This document shows positions 51,804-62,054 of a DNA stretch of 64,000 nucleotides, piece by piece (positions within the stretch are counted from its first letter, which is position 1; each line of letters begins with the position of its first letter). Source of the stretch: an uncultured delta proteobacterium (GTDB lineage: Bacteria; Desulfobacterota; BSN033; UBA1163); the NCBI GenBank assembly GCA_963827685.1, contig CAWHBU010000005.1, forward strand, positions 64,001 to 128,000, written 5' to 3'. Below the pieces are notes generated by a model that saw only the letters and a list, made by a program, of their open reading frames with translations, had not been told where the DNA came from and searched no databases. A program made the position numbers and the translations under genes.

Positions 51804-52280
51804 CACTCATTTTGAATTACGGATTGTGGAATTTAGGGATTGATTTAAGGCACTTCTTTACAAAATCTAACTCCTTTACGACTCGATGGAAGGTTGACTG
51901 GGTCTTAGGAGAAGACCATTTGGTCACTTAGACCTCTCTATCCACACTTTTATCTGCTCCTATTAGGACCACGGCAGAGCCTTCTAATCTCATCCGTAGA
52001 ATAGACATTGAACAAGACAAACCAGAAATCCCCCCTCCACTGGCGGGAGGGGATTAAGGGGAGGGGGATAAAAACGGTGATAATGCACCCTCTCCCCCTG
52101 CCTACCGGCAGGCAGCCCTCTCCCCTGCCTTCGCCGAAGCGGCTTCGCGCAGGCAGACATCAAGGGAGAGGGAGAATTGGATCGGGTCAATGTCTATTTT
52201 TGGGCTCATGCCTACTCTTTGAAAGAATACCATCCTATGGTAGACTGTGGAATCATCCCGCACGGGAACGGTCTGAGGAA

Positions 52281-52649
52281 ATGCTCTACAAGATTCTTGC
52301 GGATAGTGTGGTGTTGATCCACTTTCTCTGGATCGTCTTTCTCTTTTTCGGTGCCTTTTTGGGAGTCAAGAATAAGATTGTAAAGATCTTCCATCTCTCC
52401 GGCCTTGTCTTTGCTTTCGTCATTCAGGTATTTGATTGGTACTGTCCTCTCACCCATCTCGAGGTCTGGTTGAGATCGAAACACGATTTCACGCTGACTT
52501 ATGCTGGTTCGTTCATCATTCATTATGTAGAAAGAATAGTGTATATTGAACTTTCTCGTACCCTTATTCTTTTCCTCACGCTCTTGCTATGCGGCTTCAA
52601 TGCATGGTTTTATCTTAGGAAGAGAAAGAGACTTCAGCTCAGCAACTAA
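52281..52649 (+). CDS. DUF2784-like membrane protein
   Basis: LAD.VV..H...CPLTHLE..LR...FI.HY. Confidence 0.75.
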   Translation: MLYKILADSVVLIHFLWIVFLFFGAFLGVKNKIVKIFHLSGLVFAFVIQVFDWYCPLTHLEVWLRSKHDFTLTYAGSFIIHYVERIVYIELSRTLILFLTLLLCGFNAWFYLRKRKRLQLSN

Positions 52650-52661
52650 CACGGAGGTTTT

Positions 52662-53177
52662 ATGCCGACGGCAGATGAAATAATGACTTTATTTAATTTA
52701 AAACCCCATCCAGAAGAAGGAGGTTACTTTGTGGAGACTTATCGGTCTTCGGAAACCCTCTCAGAGAAGGTTTTGCCAAGTCGATATAAAGGTATTAGGT
52801 CTTTTGGAACAGCAATCTATTATTTACTAACGCCTGAAACCTTTTCTGCTGTGCACCGACTTCAGTCAGATGAGGTTTTTCATTTCTATTTGGGTGACCC
52901 AGTCGAAATGCTTCAACTCTGGCCTGACGGATCGGGTAAGGTTATTACGGTTGGCTCTGATATTCTTAATGGAATGCAACCACAGGTCATCGTCCCAAGA
53001 GGGGTTTGGCAGGGAGCAAGGCTTCTTAAAAATGGAAGATTCGCTCTATTAGGCACGACCGTCTCGCCTGGATTTGAATTGGCAGATTATGAATCCGGCC
53101 GCAGAGAGGAATTGGCTAATTCCCATCCCCAATTCCGAGATTTGATTATTGCATTAACTAAGGATAGCAGCAGGTGA
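52662..53177 (+). CDS. Cupin superfamily protein (DUF985/cupin_5)
   Basis: PHPEEGGYF, IYYLL, HRL..DE..H, VSPGF. Confidence 0.88.
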   Translation: MPTADEIMTLFNLKPHPEEGGYFVETYRSSETLSEKVLPSRYKGIRSFGTAIYYLLTPETFSAVHRLQSDEVFHFYLGDPVEMLQLWPDGSGKVITVGSDILNGMQPQVIVPRGVWQGARLLKNGRFALLGTTVSPGFELADYESGRREELANSHPQFRDLIIALTKDSSR

Positions 53178-53196
53178 TGAATAGATGAGTAAAGAA

Positions 53197-53708
53197 CCCC
53201 GCAGCAGAGCTGCGGGGCATTAAAATTCAAAACTTAATTGCTCCTGTTGCTGATACTTTATATAGCGACGTATGACTTCAGAGGTAACTTTGTCTCCAAC
53301 AGACCGAACAAAATACCCATCACTCCAAAACTCTCCACCCCAAAGCTCTTTCTTCACCTCTGGAAACTGCTTGAACACCATTTTCGCCGAGATACTCTTT
53401 ATGATCTGCACAATCTCTGCCGGACAATACCGAGGAGGGGCAGACAAAAATAAATGAACATGATCATCCTTTACCTCCATCGTATCTATCTCAAACTCGT
53501 ACCTCTCCGATATTTGCTCAAAACTCATCTTAAGCCTTTTTGCCAACTCACCTCCCAATATCATCTTCCGATATTTGGGAACCCATACCATATGATATTT
53601 CAAATCGTAGACCGCATGGCTTGTTCTTTTTATCGAGCTCATGCAGTACTTATACCATGTCTTATCGCTTCGCGAACCTGTTTTCATCCGCCCAGCAGAG
53701 CTGGGCGG
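53197..53708 (-). mobile_element. IS200-like element (tnpA only)
   Basis: Subterminal hairpins ccccgcagc-aga-gctgcgggg and ccgcccagc-aga-gctgggcgg flank tnpA. Confidence 0.85.
53220..53642 (-). CDS. tnpA: IS200/IS605 Y1 (HUH) transposase
   Basis: YHMVWVPKYR, DHVHLF, FWSDGYF, YIKYQ. Confidence 0.93.
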   Translation of the reverse strand: MSSIKRTSHAVYDLKYHMVWVPKYRKMILGGELAKRLKMSFEQISERYEFEIDTMEVKDDHVHLFLSAPPRYCPAEIVQIIKSISAKMVFKQFPEVKKELWGGEFWSDGYFVRSVGDKVTSEVIRRYIKYQQQEQLSFEF

Positions 53709-53866
53709 TATTCAACAGGTATTTTTTATAAAGGAGTGATGGGACGTATGAATTATTTAAAAGATTGGTGGAAATTCCAGGAGGGAGTGGATTTGAAGAA
53801 AAAGTCATCGAATTTATGGGCCCAACTCAGGCGACATGAGTGATTTGATTCGTAAGGTCTGAATCC

Positions 53867-54460
53867 TTATTTCAAGCCATCTTCTTTTTTAGCTTCTTCC
53901 TTCTTCAAGCCACCAATCCGAGGATGAGGTCTGCCGGAGGAAGTGACAACGATGGCAACCAGGATTTCATCGGATCTGGGCGCATCCGGAACTCTCACAG
54001 ACATTGCATCAAAGTGAGAGCGAACAAAGGCTGCATCCTTGTAATGGAGAGGAACGTCAATCTCTGTTCCTGGACCTCCCATTTTCTTGGCTGAAGGAAT
54101 AATGGCTTTTCCTCCGCCCACTGCTTCTCTCAAAGGTGTTCCCAATTTGGGATGCAAGATGGCTGCGGCGTGCTCCAGTTCGCCATCCACTCCCACGATG
54201 GCTGCCTTTCCATAACTCTCAGCATTTTTAGGAGGTATTTTCAGTGCCTCAACTGCCTTCTTTCCCAAGATCCCTCCCAACTCTTCCCCGATATCGATGA
54301 GTTCATCCAATTTCTCTACATACTTTCCCGCAAAGGGATTCTTAATCACTGCCACAGCAGCGGCCTTTCGAGTGGGAGGATCAACCTTCTTTCCTCCCTC
54401 TACTACTGTTTCTTCCACAATGGTGACATATTTTCTAACTTCCATGTCTTCACCTCCCAT
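53867..54460 (-). CDS. DUF1185 / amino-acid synthesis family protein
   Basis: NPFAGKYV, SYGKAAIVG..GELEH, RSHFD, DAPR.DE, GRPHPRIG. Confidence 0.82.
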   Translation of the reverse strand: MGGEDMEVRKYVTIVEETVVEGGKKVDPPTRKAAAVAVIKNPFAGKYVEKLDELIDIGEELGGILGKKAVEALKIPPKNAESYGKAAIVGVDGELEHAAAILHPKLGTPLREAVGGGKAIIPSAKKMGGPGTEIDVPLHYKDAAFVRSHFDAMSVRVPDAPRSDEILVAIVVTSSGRPHPRIGGLKKEEAKKEDGLK

Positions 54461-54505
54461 GAATTAAAATCGCATAGAGCAAAGCGCATAGCGCATAGCG
54501 TAAAG

Positions 54506-54570
54506 AATGTAGCGTCGGCATTTATTGCCGATGGCATCTTCTATCGCCCCCAGTAAATGGGGGCGCTACA
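54506..54570. repeat. GTAG-type REP doublet; inverted related copy at 58808..58870
   Basis: tgtagcgtcggcattta...cgcccc...ggggcgctaca. Confidence 0.7.
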
Positions 54571-54596
54571 ATTATTAAACCCCTAATCCCAGAACG

Positions 54597-55472
54597 CTAC
54601 AACTTCGTCAACCAAGAATCTAAAGAACCCGTCCGGGCCACTCTTCCTTGTAATGCGATCAAAGCTCCGTAGATCAATCCCTTCTGACAGATCGAGTAGG
54701 CTTTTGACAGCCCATTGTTTAATGCTTCTTCAATCTTTTCCTGAGATAATTTTCCCACTTTGATGGTGACCCATTCTCCAGCGATATCCGTATCAGGGTA
54801 GATCTTTTCTGCCAGAGACCTCATGATATTCGGATCTTCAACATTGGTAAAGTTTCCAATGACGGTCGCTGCCGCATCGGAGAAGGCCGCCGTCTGAGAG
54901 AGGACCGTTGCAGCCGAAGCGATCCCTTTTGTAAAACTCCTTCCTCCGAGTCCACTGGTTGCCACTCCACCAATCCCCATGGTGGAATCGATTGAAATGA
55001 GATAGGTAGGTTGTTTTGCATCAATCTCTGTTTTTACTCCTACTCTTGCCACTTCCCCTTCTCTCAACCGGATGGCGATATCTCCTCCATTATCTACGAT
55101 AATTTTTGTTCCCCCTCGGCTGAAAATAAAATCGGCAACCACATCAGAGGCTGCTCCTGCAACAGCAGCAAGAGGAGTTAAATCTGGCTCACCCATCTTC
55201 TTTGTTGCTTCGATCATTCTTTGAACCACATCGGGAAAGGTCCCTTCGATTTCCAATTCCTTTGATCTCTTTTTCATTATAGGAAGAAATTTTGCTAAGT
55301 CCTCAAGAACCCGCATCGCCAGATGAGCCCCCTCTTTCGCCAATGGTACAAGAGGTTTTCTATTCTCAAAGGCACTAATGAACATCCGCATGGGACCATA
55401 GTCCACGAGAACGGTTCCATCAGGTAAAGCCTGCACAGGATCATGTCTGGTTATCTTCTCGGTCAATTGCAT
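54597..55472 (-). CDS. UPF0280/ApbE-like protein
   Basis: TPLAAVAGA, DNGGDI, ATSGLGGRSF.KGIA, DAAAT. Confidence 0.85.
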   Translation of the reverse strand: MQLTEKITRHDPVQALPDGTVLVDYGPMRMFISAFENRKPLVPLAKEGAHLAMRVLEDLAKFLPIMKKRSKELEIEGTFPDVVQRMIEATKKMGEPDLTPLAAVAGAASDVVADFIFSRGGTKIIVDNGGDIAIRLREGEVARVGVKTEIDAKQPTYLISIDSTMGIGGVATSGLGGRSFTKGIASAATVLSQTAAFSDAAATVIGNFTNVEDPNIMRSLAEKIYPDTDIAGEWVTIKVGKLSQEKIEEALNNGLSKAYSICQKGLIYGALIALQGRVARTGSLDSWLTKL

Positions 55473-55623
55473 CCTTGTACCCACTAAATTCCAACAACCA
55501 AATCCCAAGTTCCAAATAATTACCAAATTTCAATTTCCAAAATCAATAAATCGAGTATAAGCTTTGGATTTTGGTCATTGACGATTGGAATTTATTTGGG
55601 TATTGGTGCTGGGATTTTGGAAT

Positions 55624-57150
55624 TTATCTGATCTTCTTTATCTCCTTCAATACATCTTTCAGTTTTCGGATTTTCTCTTTATGGCCACCCATTTCCAAAT
55701 ATTCTTTCAAACGCATCGTATATTCAAGAGGAACAACCGTCGCTGGAGTGGGAACATAAGTAAATGCTCTGACCATCACCTTCTCGACATCCACTAAGAA
55801 AGTGATCCCACCTCCTGGAAGGATATAGGTTGGCGCTCCACCCACGGTCAGCTTTGCCCGATTTTGATGAATGGCTTGGTTGAGTTTAACAGGTACCTTC
55901 GTGACCCCTGCCCTTGCACTTCCACCAGACCCACCTGCAAAGACGGCGGAAACTCTTGATGGTTGACAGTTGGAAGCAATTATATCCACCGCCATTTTTG
56001 CCTTCGGGGTCAATTCAATCTGAGTAAACTTACCATCCTTCCCCAGACGAAACATCGCTGCTCTCTCAGCTGTCGTCTCGGTGATCAAGACGGTCATCCC
56101 AGGTTTGGCAACCTTTGGATCGAAACCTTCGATGATCTTAAGGGGGTCTTCAATGGGTGTGCCTCCCCAACCCCGACCATGCTCTCCAAAATATCTGCCG
56201 GGGGTAGATTGCCTTGCCTTTAAGCGTATACCGCTATATTTTGCACCCAGCTCCCTTCCTGCAGCATGCTCTGTGAATTGACCGATCAGGTGAGCATCGA
56301 GAACGATCACTTCATCCGCAGCATCTAAAAAACATCTACCGAAGAGACCCATTGAGGCACTGCCACAACCTACCCTCATCCTCGTCCCTGTTTCCCCATC
56401 AATGACAGGGGCTTTGCCCACCTGAAGAACCAGTTCGGCTCCATCTTCTACTTTAAGATGGACTTCTCTCCGGTTGGCGATGTCAACAATGAGCTTCGCC
56501 ACAGCGATGCCATCTTTCCCGGTTAAGAGGTTGACTCCCCCCAAGGAAAGAATTTTAGAACCATATTCTTCTGTACAGAGATGTCCTACTTTCTTTTTTC
56601 CTATCAGGACAGGCGCACCCTCATTGCCCATATGTAAATCTGTATCTACCTTCACCTTGATCCCACTGTAACTCAAAGGCGCTTCTGTGACGACCGTGAC
56701 AACATCGATCCCTTTCAATCGAGATTGAACAATATACGGGGCAGGTTTGGTATCGGGGTAAGTGGTGCCAGCTCCGATGCCTGTAATCAATGGTCTCCGA
56801 ATGGCTTCCTCATGATCTTCGCCAACGATCTCTTTCACATCTTCATAACGCTGTAGCGGGATGTTACGGACGAGTTCTCCATCCTGATTGATGAACCGTT
56901 GGCAGGCCCCTGTATTGCCAACCTGGATAGTGCAGGAGATCGGGCACGATGGACATTGAACGCCCCCCTCTCTCGGCTCTGGCTCAGGCCCGATTGCCTC
57001 TTTCGGGCAAACTTTAGTGCACGCCTCACAATCCACACAGATATTAGAGATTGAGGCTTTCTTCTTATCTTTCATTAAAGAGATAGCTCCTAAAGGACAC
57101 ACCTCCACGCACAATCCGCAACCAATACAAGTTTCCCAATCAACAATCAT
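55624..57150 (-). CDS. hnr: 6-hydroxynicotinate reductase-like Fe-S protein
   Basis: Two ferredoxin CxxCxxCxxxCP motifs; RPLITGIGAGTTYPD.KPAP; MRVGCGSA; LPGGGI. Confidence 0.82.
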   Translation of the reverse strand: MIVDWETCIGCGLCVEVCPLGAISLMKDKKKASISNICVDCEACTKVCPKEAIGPEPEPREGGVQCPSCPISCTIQVGNTGACQRFINQDGELVRNIPLQRYEDVKEIVGEDHEEAIRRPLITGIGAGTTYPDTKPAPYIVQSRLKGIDVVTVVTEAPLSYSGIKVKVDTDLHMGNEGAPVLIGKKKVGHLCTEEYGSKILSLGGVNLLTGKDGIAVAKLIVDIANRREVHLKVEDGAELVLQVGKAPVIDGETGTRMRVGCGSASMGLFGRCFLDAADEVIVLDAHLIGQFTEHAAGRELGAKYSGIRLKARQSTPGRYFGEHGRGWGGTPIEDPLKIIEGFDPKVAKPGMTVLITETTAERAAMFRLGKDGKFTQIELTPKAKMAVDIIASNCQPSRVSAVFAGGSGGSARAGVTKVPVKLNQAIHQNRAKLTVGGAPTYILPGGGITFLVDVEKVMVRAFTYVPTPATVVPLEYTMRLKEYLEMGGHKEKIRKLKDVLKEIKKIR

Positions 57151-57194
57151 GGTTCAGGTCCTTCTTTGCTTGTCATTCCTGCAAAAGCAGGAAT

Positions 57195-57488
57195 CTATAT
57201 CAACTCAAAATAGAGGTCTCTCCATCCAGGATTGTTCTTTTCAATAAGCTCCATTTTCCAAGTTCTCTTCCATTTCTTCAGGTGCTTTTCTCTTGCAATG
57301 GCGCTGTTAATATCCTCCGTTGTTTCATAATAAACTAAATGATGAACTTTATATTTTTGAGTAAAACCACTAACCAAATTATTTTTATGTTCATAAACCC
57401 TTTTAATCAGATTTGAAGTGACGCCCACATACAATGTCCCATTTCTTTTACTTGCTAACAGATAGACGTAATATTGACGGCTACCCAT
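57195..57488 (-). CDS. GIY-YIG nuclease family protein
   Basis: YVYLLAS...LYVGVTSNL.KR..EH...AI.REK.LK.WKR.WK. Confidence 0.92.
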   Translation of the reverse strand: MGSRQYYVYLLASKRNGTLYVGVTSNLIKRVYEHKNNLVSGFTQKYKVHHLVYYETTEDINSAIAREKHLKKWKRTWKMELIEKNNPGWRDLYFELI

Positions 57489-57553
57489 TGTATTACTATA
57501 TACTTCTGGATTCCCGCTTCTGCGGGAATGACACAGTGACTACTTCCTATTTC

Positions 57554-58717
57554 CTATTTCGCGGTTACTATCTTTCCATTCGGTGGCGGAGTATTTCTAC
57601 TCACTCCAATCTTCATTACACCATCAATCATCACTCCTGCAATTCCTGGGATGTCACCTGCTTCAATAGCAGAGAGGGCATCTTTGCCAACCGATCCCAT
57701 GGGTGCATCCATAATGACCAGATCAGCTTCCTTTCCAACCTCAACCACTCCTCTGTTCAATTTGTAAACTTTTGCCGTATTCCCGGTAGCCATGGCAATG
57801 GCTTCTTCTGCTTTCACACCGCAGAGGGATGCCAAGAAGTTGATTACCCTGAGAATCCCAAGAGGGATTACACCCGTTCCAGACGGAGCATCATTCCCAA
57901 TGATGATTCTGGGGTATGCCTTTACCTCTTTCACAATTTTCATCACATCCACAATCATCTTCGAATTTCCACAATGGACGATCTCCAAAGTAAGAGAGGT
58001 TTTTCGAATCAATTTTTCCGCTTCAGTAATGGAAATGGCCGTGGGACCTCCGTTAATATGGGAGACAATATCTGGATCCGCAGCAATCACATCATCAGCA
58101 GGAACAGTGGTGCTTCCAGGGATTGAAGTCCCTCCAGTATGCATCATCACAACCATCCCGTATTTCTTCGCCCATTTGACCATAGGGGCTGCATCTTTTG
58201 GGCTCTTCACTCCTCCCAAACCAATTTCCCCTACCACCTTAACGCCTTCTTTAGCCAATTCTTCAAAATCCTTCTCCTGCAAGCCAGGCTCAAGAATGAG
58301 ACCTCCCCCCAATACCTTCACCCCTGCAGGTCTGGCACTAGCAAAAGATTTAGCAGCAAGAATGGCCAGAGCCTTCGTTCCTGCAACATCCTTCGGCCTC
58401 CCGGCAAGATGAACCTCTCCTGCTGAGATAAGGGTTGTGACTCCTCCATGGAGTGAGGATTCGATAAAGTCCAACATCTTCTGCCGGGGTGTAAAATCTC
58501 CGAGAACAGGATGGCAATGAGAATCGATAAGCCCGGGGGTGATGATCATCCCCCCGATATCCATCACCTGATCCACTCCTTTGGTGTCAAGGTTCTTCTC
58601 CCTGCCGATGGCTTGAATCAGTCCTCCCTCTATCATGAGGGTGTCGGCATTCAAAATAGGATTAGAAATATTCCCCGAAACCAAGGCGCCGATATTCTTG
58701 ATCATCAGTTTAGCCAT
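57554..58717 (-). CDS. ena: Enamidase-like amidohydrolase
   Basis: DSHCH, PRQ..LDFI, GRPKD.AGTKALA, HTGGTSIPGS, SHINGGPTA, NDAPSGTG, SRNTPP; resembles the Eubacterium barkeri enamidase as recalled. Confidence 0.85.
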   Translation of the reverse strand: MAKLMIKNIGALVSGNISNPILNADTLMIEGGLIQAIGREKNLDTKGVDQVMDIGGMIITPGLIDSHCHPVLGDFTPRQKMLDFIESSLHGGVTTLISAGEVHLAGRPKDVAGTKALAILAAKSFASARPAGVKVLGGGLILEPGLQEKDFEELAKEGVKVVGEIGLGGVKSPKDAAPMVKWAKKYGMVVMMHTGGTSIPGSTTVPADDVIAADPDIVSHINGGPTAISITEAEKLIRKTSLTLEIVHCGNSKMIVDVMKIVKEVKAYPRIIIGNDAPSGTGVIPLGILRVINFLASLCGVKAEEAIAMATGNTAKVYKLNRGVVEVGKEADLVIMDAPMGSVGKDALSAIEAGDIPGIAGVMIDGVMKIGVSRNTPPPNGKIVTAK

Positions 58718-58871
58718 GTGGATCCTCCCCTTAATTTAAAATCGCAAAGAGCATAGCGCATGGAGCATAGCGAAAAAATACAATGGTCAATAATCAATCA
58801 TCATACATGTAGCGCCCTCATTTAATGAGGGCGAACTAAGCCGTCGGGAGTAAATGCCGACGCTACATTCC

Positions 58872-61115
58872 TTATGACTTATCCTTACTTTTTTGTATTG
58901 CCTCCAACACCCGTTCCAAGTTTGCTGGCAGATGATAAATTCTCTGCCCAATGGCATCTGCAATCGCATTCAAAATCGCAGGAGCAGACGGGATGAGGGC
59001 TGGTTCTCCAACTCCTTTCGCTCCAAAGGGCCCTGTCGGCTCCTCCTCTTCAACAATAATGGGAATCACTTCTGGAACGTCCTTCGATGTCGGGATGAGG
59101 TAATTGACAAAAGAGGTTGTCTCACCTGAAACGAATTCCTCCATCAATGCAAACCCCGTCCCCATGGCTACACCACCCATGATTTGGCCGATCACATTCT
59201 TAAGATGGATGGCCTTCCCGACATCGTGGCTGGCGATCACCCGTTGGACCTTCACCTTACCCGTTTCTGTATCCACCTCTACTTCAGCTAAATGAGTCGC
59301 AAAGGCATAAGTGCCATAAGGAGCCCCTTGCCCAGTTTCAGGATCGAGCCGGGTTGTCTCTGGATCAAAGTTCCCTTCTCCCCTCAATATCCTTCCACAT
59401 TTTTTAGCCACTTCTTTTATAGAAATGGAGACTGAAGGATTTGACTTCTGTCTGATCTCTCCCTCTTCGAAGTAAAGGTCTTTTCCATCGACTCCTGAAA
59501 TTCGACTCGTTTCTTTAATTACATCCTCTTTTAAATTTTTAACGGCATTGAGAATGGCGTTTCCAGAAATATAAGTCTGGCGACTCGCTGAAGTGGCCCC
59601 TGCATCAGTGGTCACGGCTGTATCTGCACGAATCAGACGAATCTCTTTTAAAGGAACTCCTATCGCTTCAGAGGCGATCTGGAGAAGGACGGTATCAGAA
59701 CCCTGCCCAATATCCGCTACCCCTGTAAATAGTCGAATCTCTCCATTTAGATCAATCTCCATCTGGGCGGTCGAAGGGTTGGCAATCCCTGTATTACCAA
59801 TCCCATACCACATCGAACCAATTCCAATTCCTTTCTTGATGAACGGCTTTTTCGAATCGTTTTTGGAGATGGCAGAACAATCCATCCATTCTTTCACTTT
59901 TCTAAGCGTCTCCTCTATTCCAACACTGTCCATTAAGGTTTGACCGGTCGCTGTCTCAGAACCTACGCGAAGAGAATTTTTAAGGCGAATTTCAATGGGG
60001 TTCATCTTCAGGGCTTGGGCAAGAAGATCCATCTGAGATTCGTGAGCAAAAGCCATTTGAGGAACTCCAAACCCCCGCATTGCACCAGACCATGAGTTGT
60101 TGGTATAGGCCATCCGGCTCCTCACCTTCACATTTGGAACTTGATAGGGCCCTGTGGCATGAACAGCAGATCGTATGGCTACTGTAGATCCATAAGAGGC
60201 ATAGGCGCCAGTATCTCCCAGGATGTCTACTTCCACGGCTGTGAGCGTTCCGTCTTTCCTCACACCACTTTTATATCGAATCTTTAAGGGATGGCGCTTG
60301 GAGGTAACTTGAAAAACTTCCTCCCGCGAGTAAACCATTTTCACTGGCTTTTTCAGATGAAAAACAGCCAGAGCTAACAAGCACTGGACAGTGATATCCA
60401 ATCTTCCCCCAAATCCTCCTCCGGTTGCACATTGGATGATCCTTACCTGTTCCAATGGCAAGGAGAGAACAGAGGCTACCTCTTTCTGATCGTAATGGAC
60501 ATTTTGAGTCGGGCAGACGACTGTGATTCTTCCTTCTTCATCCAGGTAGGAAATCCCGGCATCGGGTTCTAAATAGGCGTGGTCAACCCATGTGGTCGTG
60601 TAGGTTTCTTCAATGGTTACTTCTGCCTCTTTAAATCCTCTCTGGCTATCCCCTTTAATCACATGAAATTCCAGAAGCAAGTTTCCTTTTTCGTGAATCA
60701 AAGGCGCATGCGGTTGAAGGGCTTCTTCTGGATGGGTAATGGAAGGAAGATCTTCATAGACCACCGCCAGCTTTTTTGAAGCCTCTTCCGCAACCTCTTC
60801 TGTTTTAGCAGCCACCAACGCAACTGGATCGCCGACGTACCTCACGCGATCCGAAGCCAGAATGGGTTGATCTTTATTAATTGTCCCAATCAAATTCTTT
60901 CCAGGAATATCTTTCGATGTGAAGACCTTCTCCACGCCTGGAACCCTGAGAGCTTCATCTATTTCGATTCTCAGAATTTTGGCATGAGGTTTTGGACTGC
61001 GAATGACTTTGAGGTAAAGGGGATCGCTAATAGGTAAATCTGCTCCATACTTCGCTTCCCCCAGAGTTTTGTCCAGAACACCCACCTTTGGAATCTCAAT
61101 TCCAACCTGTCTCAT
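58872..61115 (-). CDS. Xanthine dehydrogenase-family molybdopterin subunit (nicotinate dehydrogenase candidate)
   Basis: HAYLEP, GGGFGG, AMRGFG, DIGQGS, SASRQT, GAKGVGE. Confidence 0.9.
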   Translation of the reverse strand: MRQVGIEIPKVGVLDKTLGEAKYGADLPISDPLYLKVIRSPKPHAKILRIEIDEALRVPGVEKVFTSKDIPGKNLIGTINKDQPILASDRVRYVGDPVALVAAKTEEVAEEASKKLAVVYEDLPSITHPEEALQPHAPLIHEKGNLLLEFHVIKGDSQRGFKEAEVTIEETYTTTWVDHAYLEPDAGISYLDEEGRITVVCPTQNVHYDQKEVASVLSLPLEQVRIIQCATGGGFGGRLDITVQCLLALAVFHLKKPVKMVYSREEVFQVTSKRHPLKIRYKSGVRKDGTLTAVEVDILGDTGAYASYGSTVAIRSAVHATGPYQVPNVKVRSRMAYTNNSWSGAMRGFGVPQMAFAHESQMDLLAQALKMNPIEIRLKNSLRVGSETATGQTLMDSVGIEETLRKVKEWMDCSAISKNDSKKPFIKKGIGIGSMWYGIGNTGIANPSTAQMEIDLNGEIRLFTGVADIGQGSDTVLLQIASEAIGVPLKEIRLIRADTAVTTDAGATSASRQTYISGNAILNAVKNLKEDVIKETSRISGVDGKDLYFEEGEIRQKSNPSVSISIKEVAKKCGRILRGEGNFDPETTRLDPETGQGAPYGTYAFATHLAEVEVDTETGKVKVQRVIASHDVGKAIHLKNVIGQIMGGVAMGTGFALMEEFVSGETTSFVNYLIPTSKDVPEVIPIIVEEEEPTGPFGAKGVGEPALIPSAPAILNAIADAIGQRIYHLPANLERVLEAIQKSKDKS

Positions 61116-61120
61116 TTTTA

Positions 61121-61975
61121 TTATTCCAGCGCCTTTTTTACGGCCCTCATTAACAAAGCCTCTACCACTGGTTTTTTATAAGGGGTCGATGTCCGAATCC
61201 CGCTTCGCTGGATCATTGCCTCAGAAACCTTGAGGGAAGCTTTTTGCAAAGACCTTTGATCAGGCAACTTTCCTTTTAAAAAGGTCTCTGCCTCTGACAT
61301 CCTTTGAGGGATCGGCGTTACAGATCCCACAGCGATGCGAACATCTTCTATTCTGTTTTTTCCAATCTGAAGAATTATGGCCACATTCATCCTGGCTATC
61401 GCCATAGCATCCCTTCTGGCCAGCCGGACAAAACTGCTTTTGGTTTCAGGAGGAAGTTTTTGAAATGTAATTTGAACCAGAAGTTCATGGGGCTTTAAGT
61501 TGGTTTCATAGGGACCTTTAAAAAGTTGAGAAAGTGGCACTTCCTTTTCTCCCCCCCGGGACACTACCCTTCCCAGGGCATTCAAGACCATCAGAGGAGG
61601 AATGGTATCTGCTGCCGGAGAGGCATTGACGATATTCCCTCCGATTGTCCCGAGATTTCTGATCTGTGGAGAACCAATCTCAGAAGCCGCATCGGATAAA
61701 ACTTTTGCATATTTCTTTACCAAATTAGAGGAAGAAATTTCAGAATGGGTGGCTGCAGCACCAATCGAAATCGTCCCATTCTTTTCTCCAATCCTCCGAA
61801 GTTCTTCAATTCTCGTGATATCGATGATGGACTGGGGAGTGTGATCTCCATTCCGGAGGCCGATTACAAGATCTGTCCCGCCTGCAACAATCTTTGCCTT
61901 TCCCTCGGCCTTCCACAAAAGCTCGCAGGCTTCTTCAATCGTCTTTGGAATTTTATAGTCAAAAGAAGGTATCAT
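61121..61975 (-). CDS. Molybdenum hydroxylase FAD subunit
   Basis: AGGTDL; IRNLGTIGGNIVNASPAAD. Confidence 0.92.
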   Translation of the reverse strand: MIPSFDYKIPKTIEEACELLWKAEGKAKIVAGGTDLVIGLRNGDHTPQSIIDITRIEELRRIGEKNGTISIGAAATHSEISSSNLVKKYAKVLSDAASEIGSPQIRNLGTIGGNIVNASPAADTIPPLMVLNALGRVVSRGGEKEVPLSQLFKGPYETNLKPHELLVQITFQKLPPETKSSFVRLARRDAMAIARMNVAIILQIGKNRIEDVRIAVGSVTPIPQRMSEAETFLKGKLPDQRSLQKASLKVSEAMIQRSGIRTSTPYKKPVVEALLMRAVKKALE

Positions 61976-62054
61976 AGCTTTTCGTTTGAGGTTTAAGGTT
62001 TGGGGACCACTCCGCCTTCAATTATTTTGTTCAGGGCTTCGTTCGAGGCAAAAC

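Noticed and set aside
52008-52280. N-terminal extension of the 213-aa ORF
   Set aside because: It is translated palindromic repeat DNA; the DUF2784-like protein starts at 52281.
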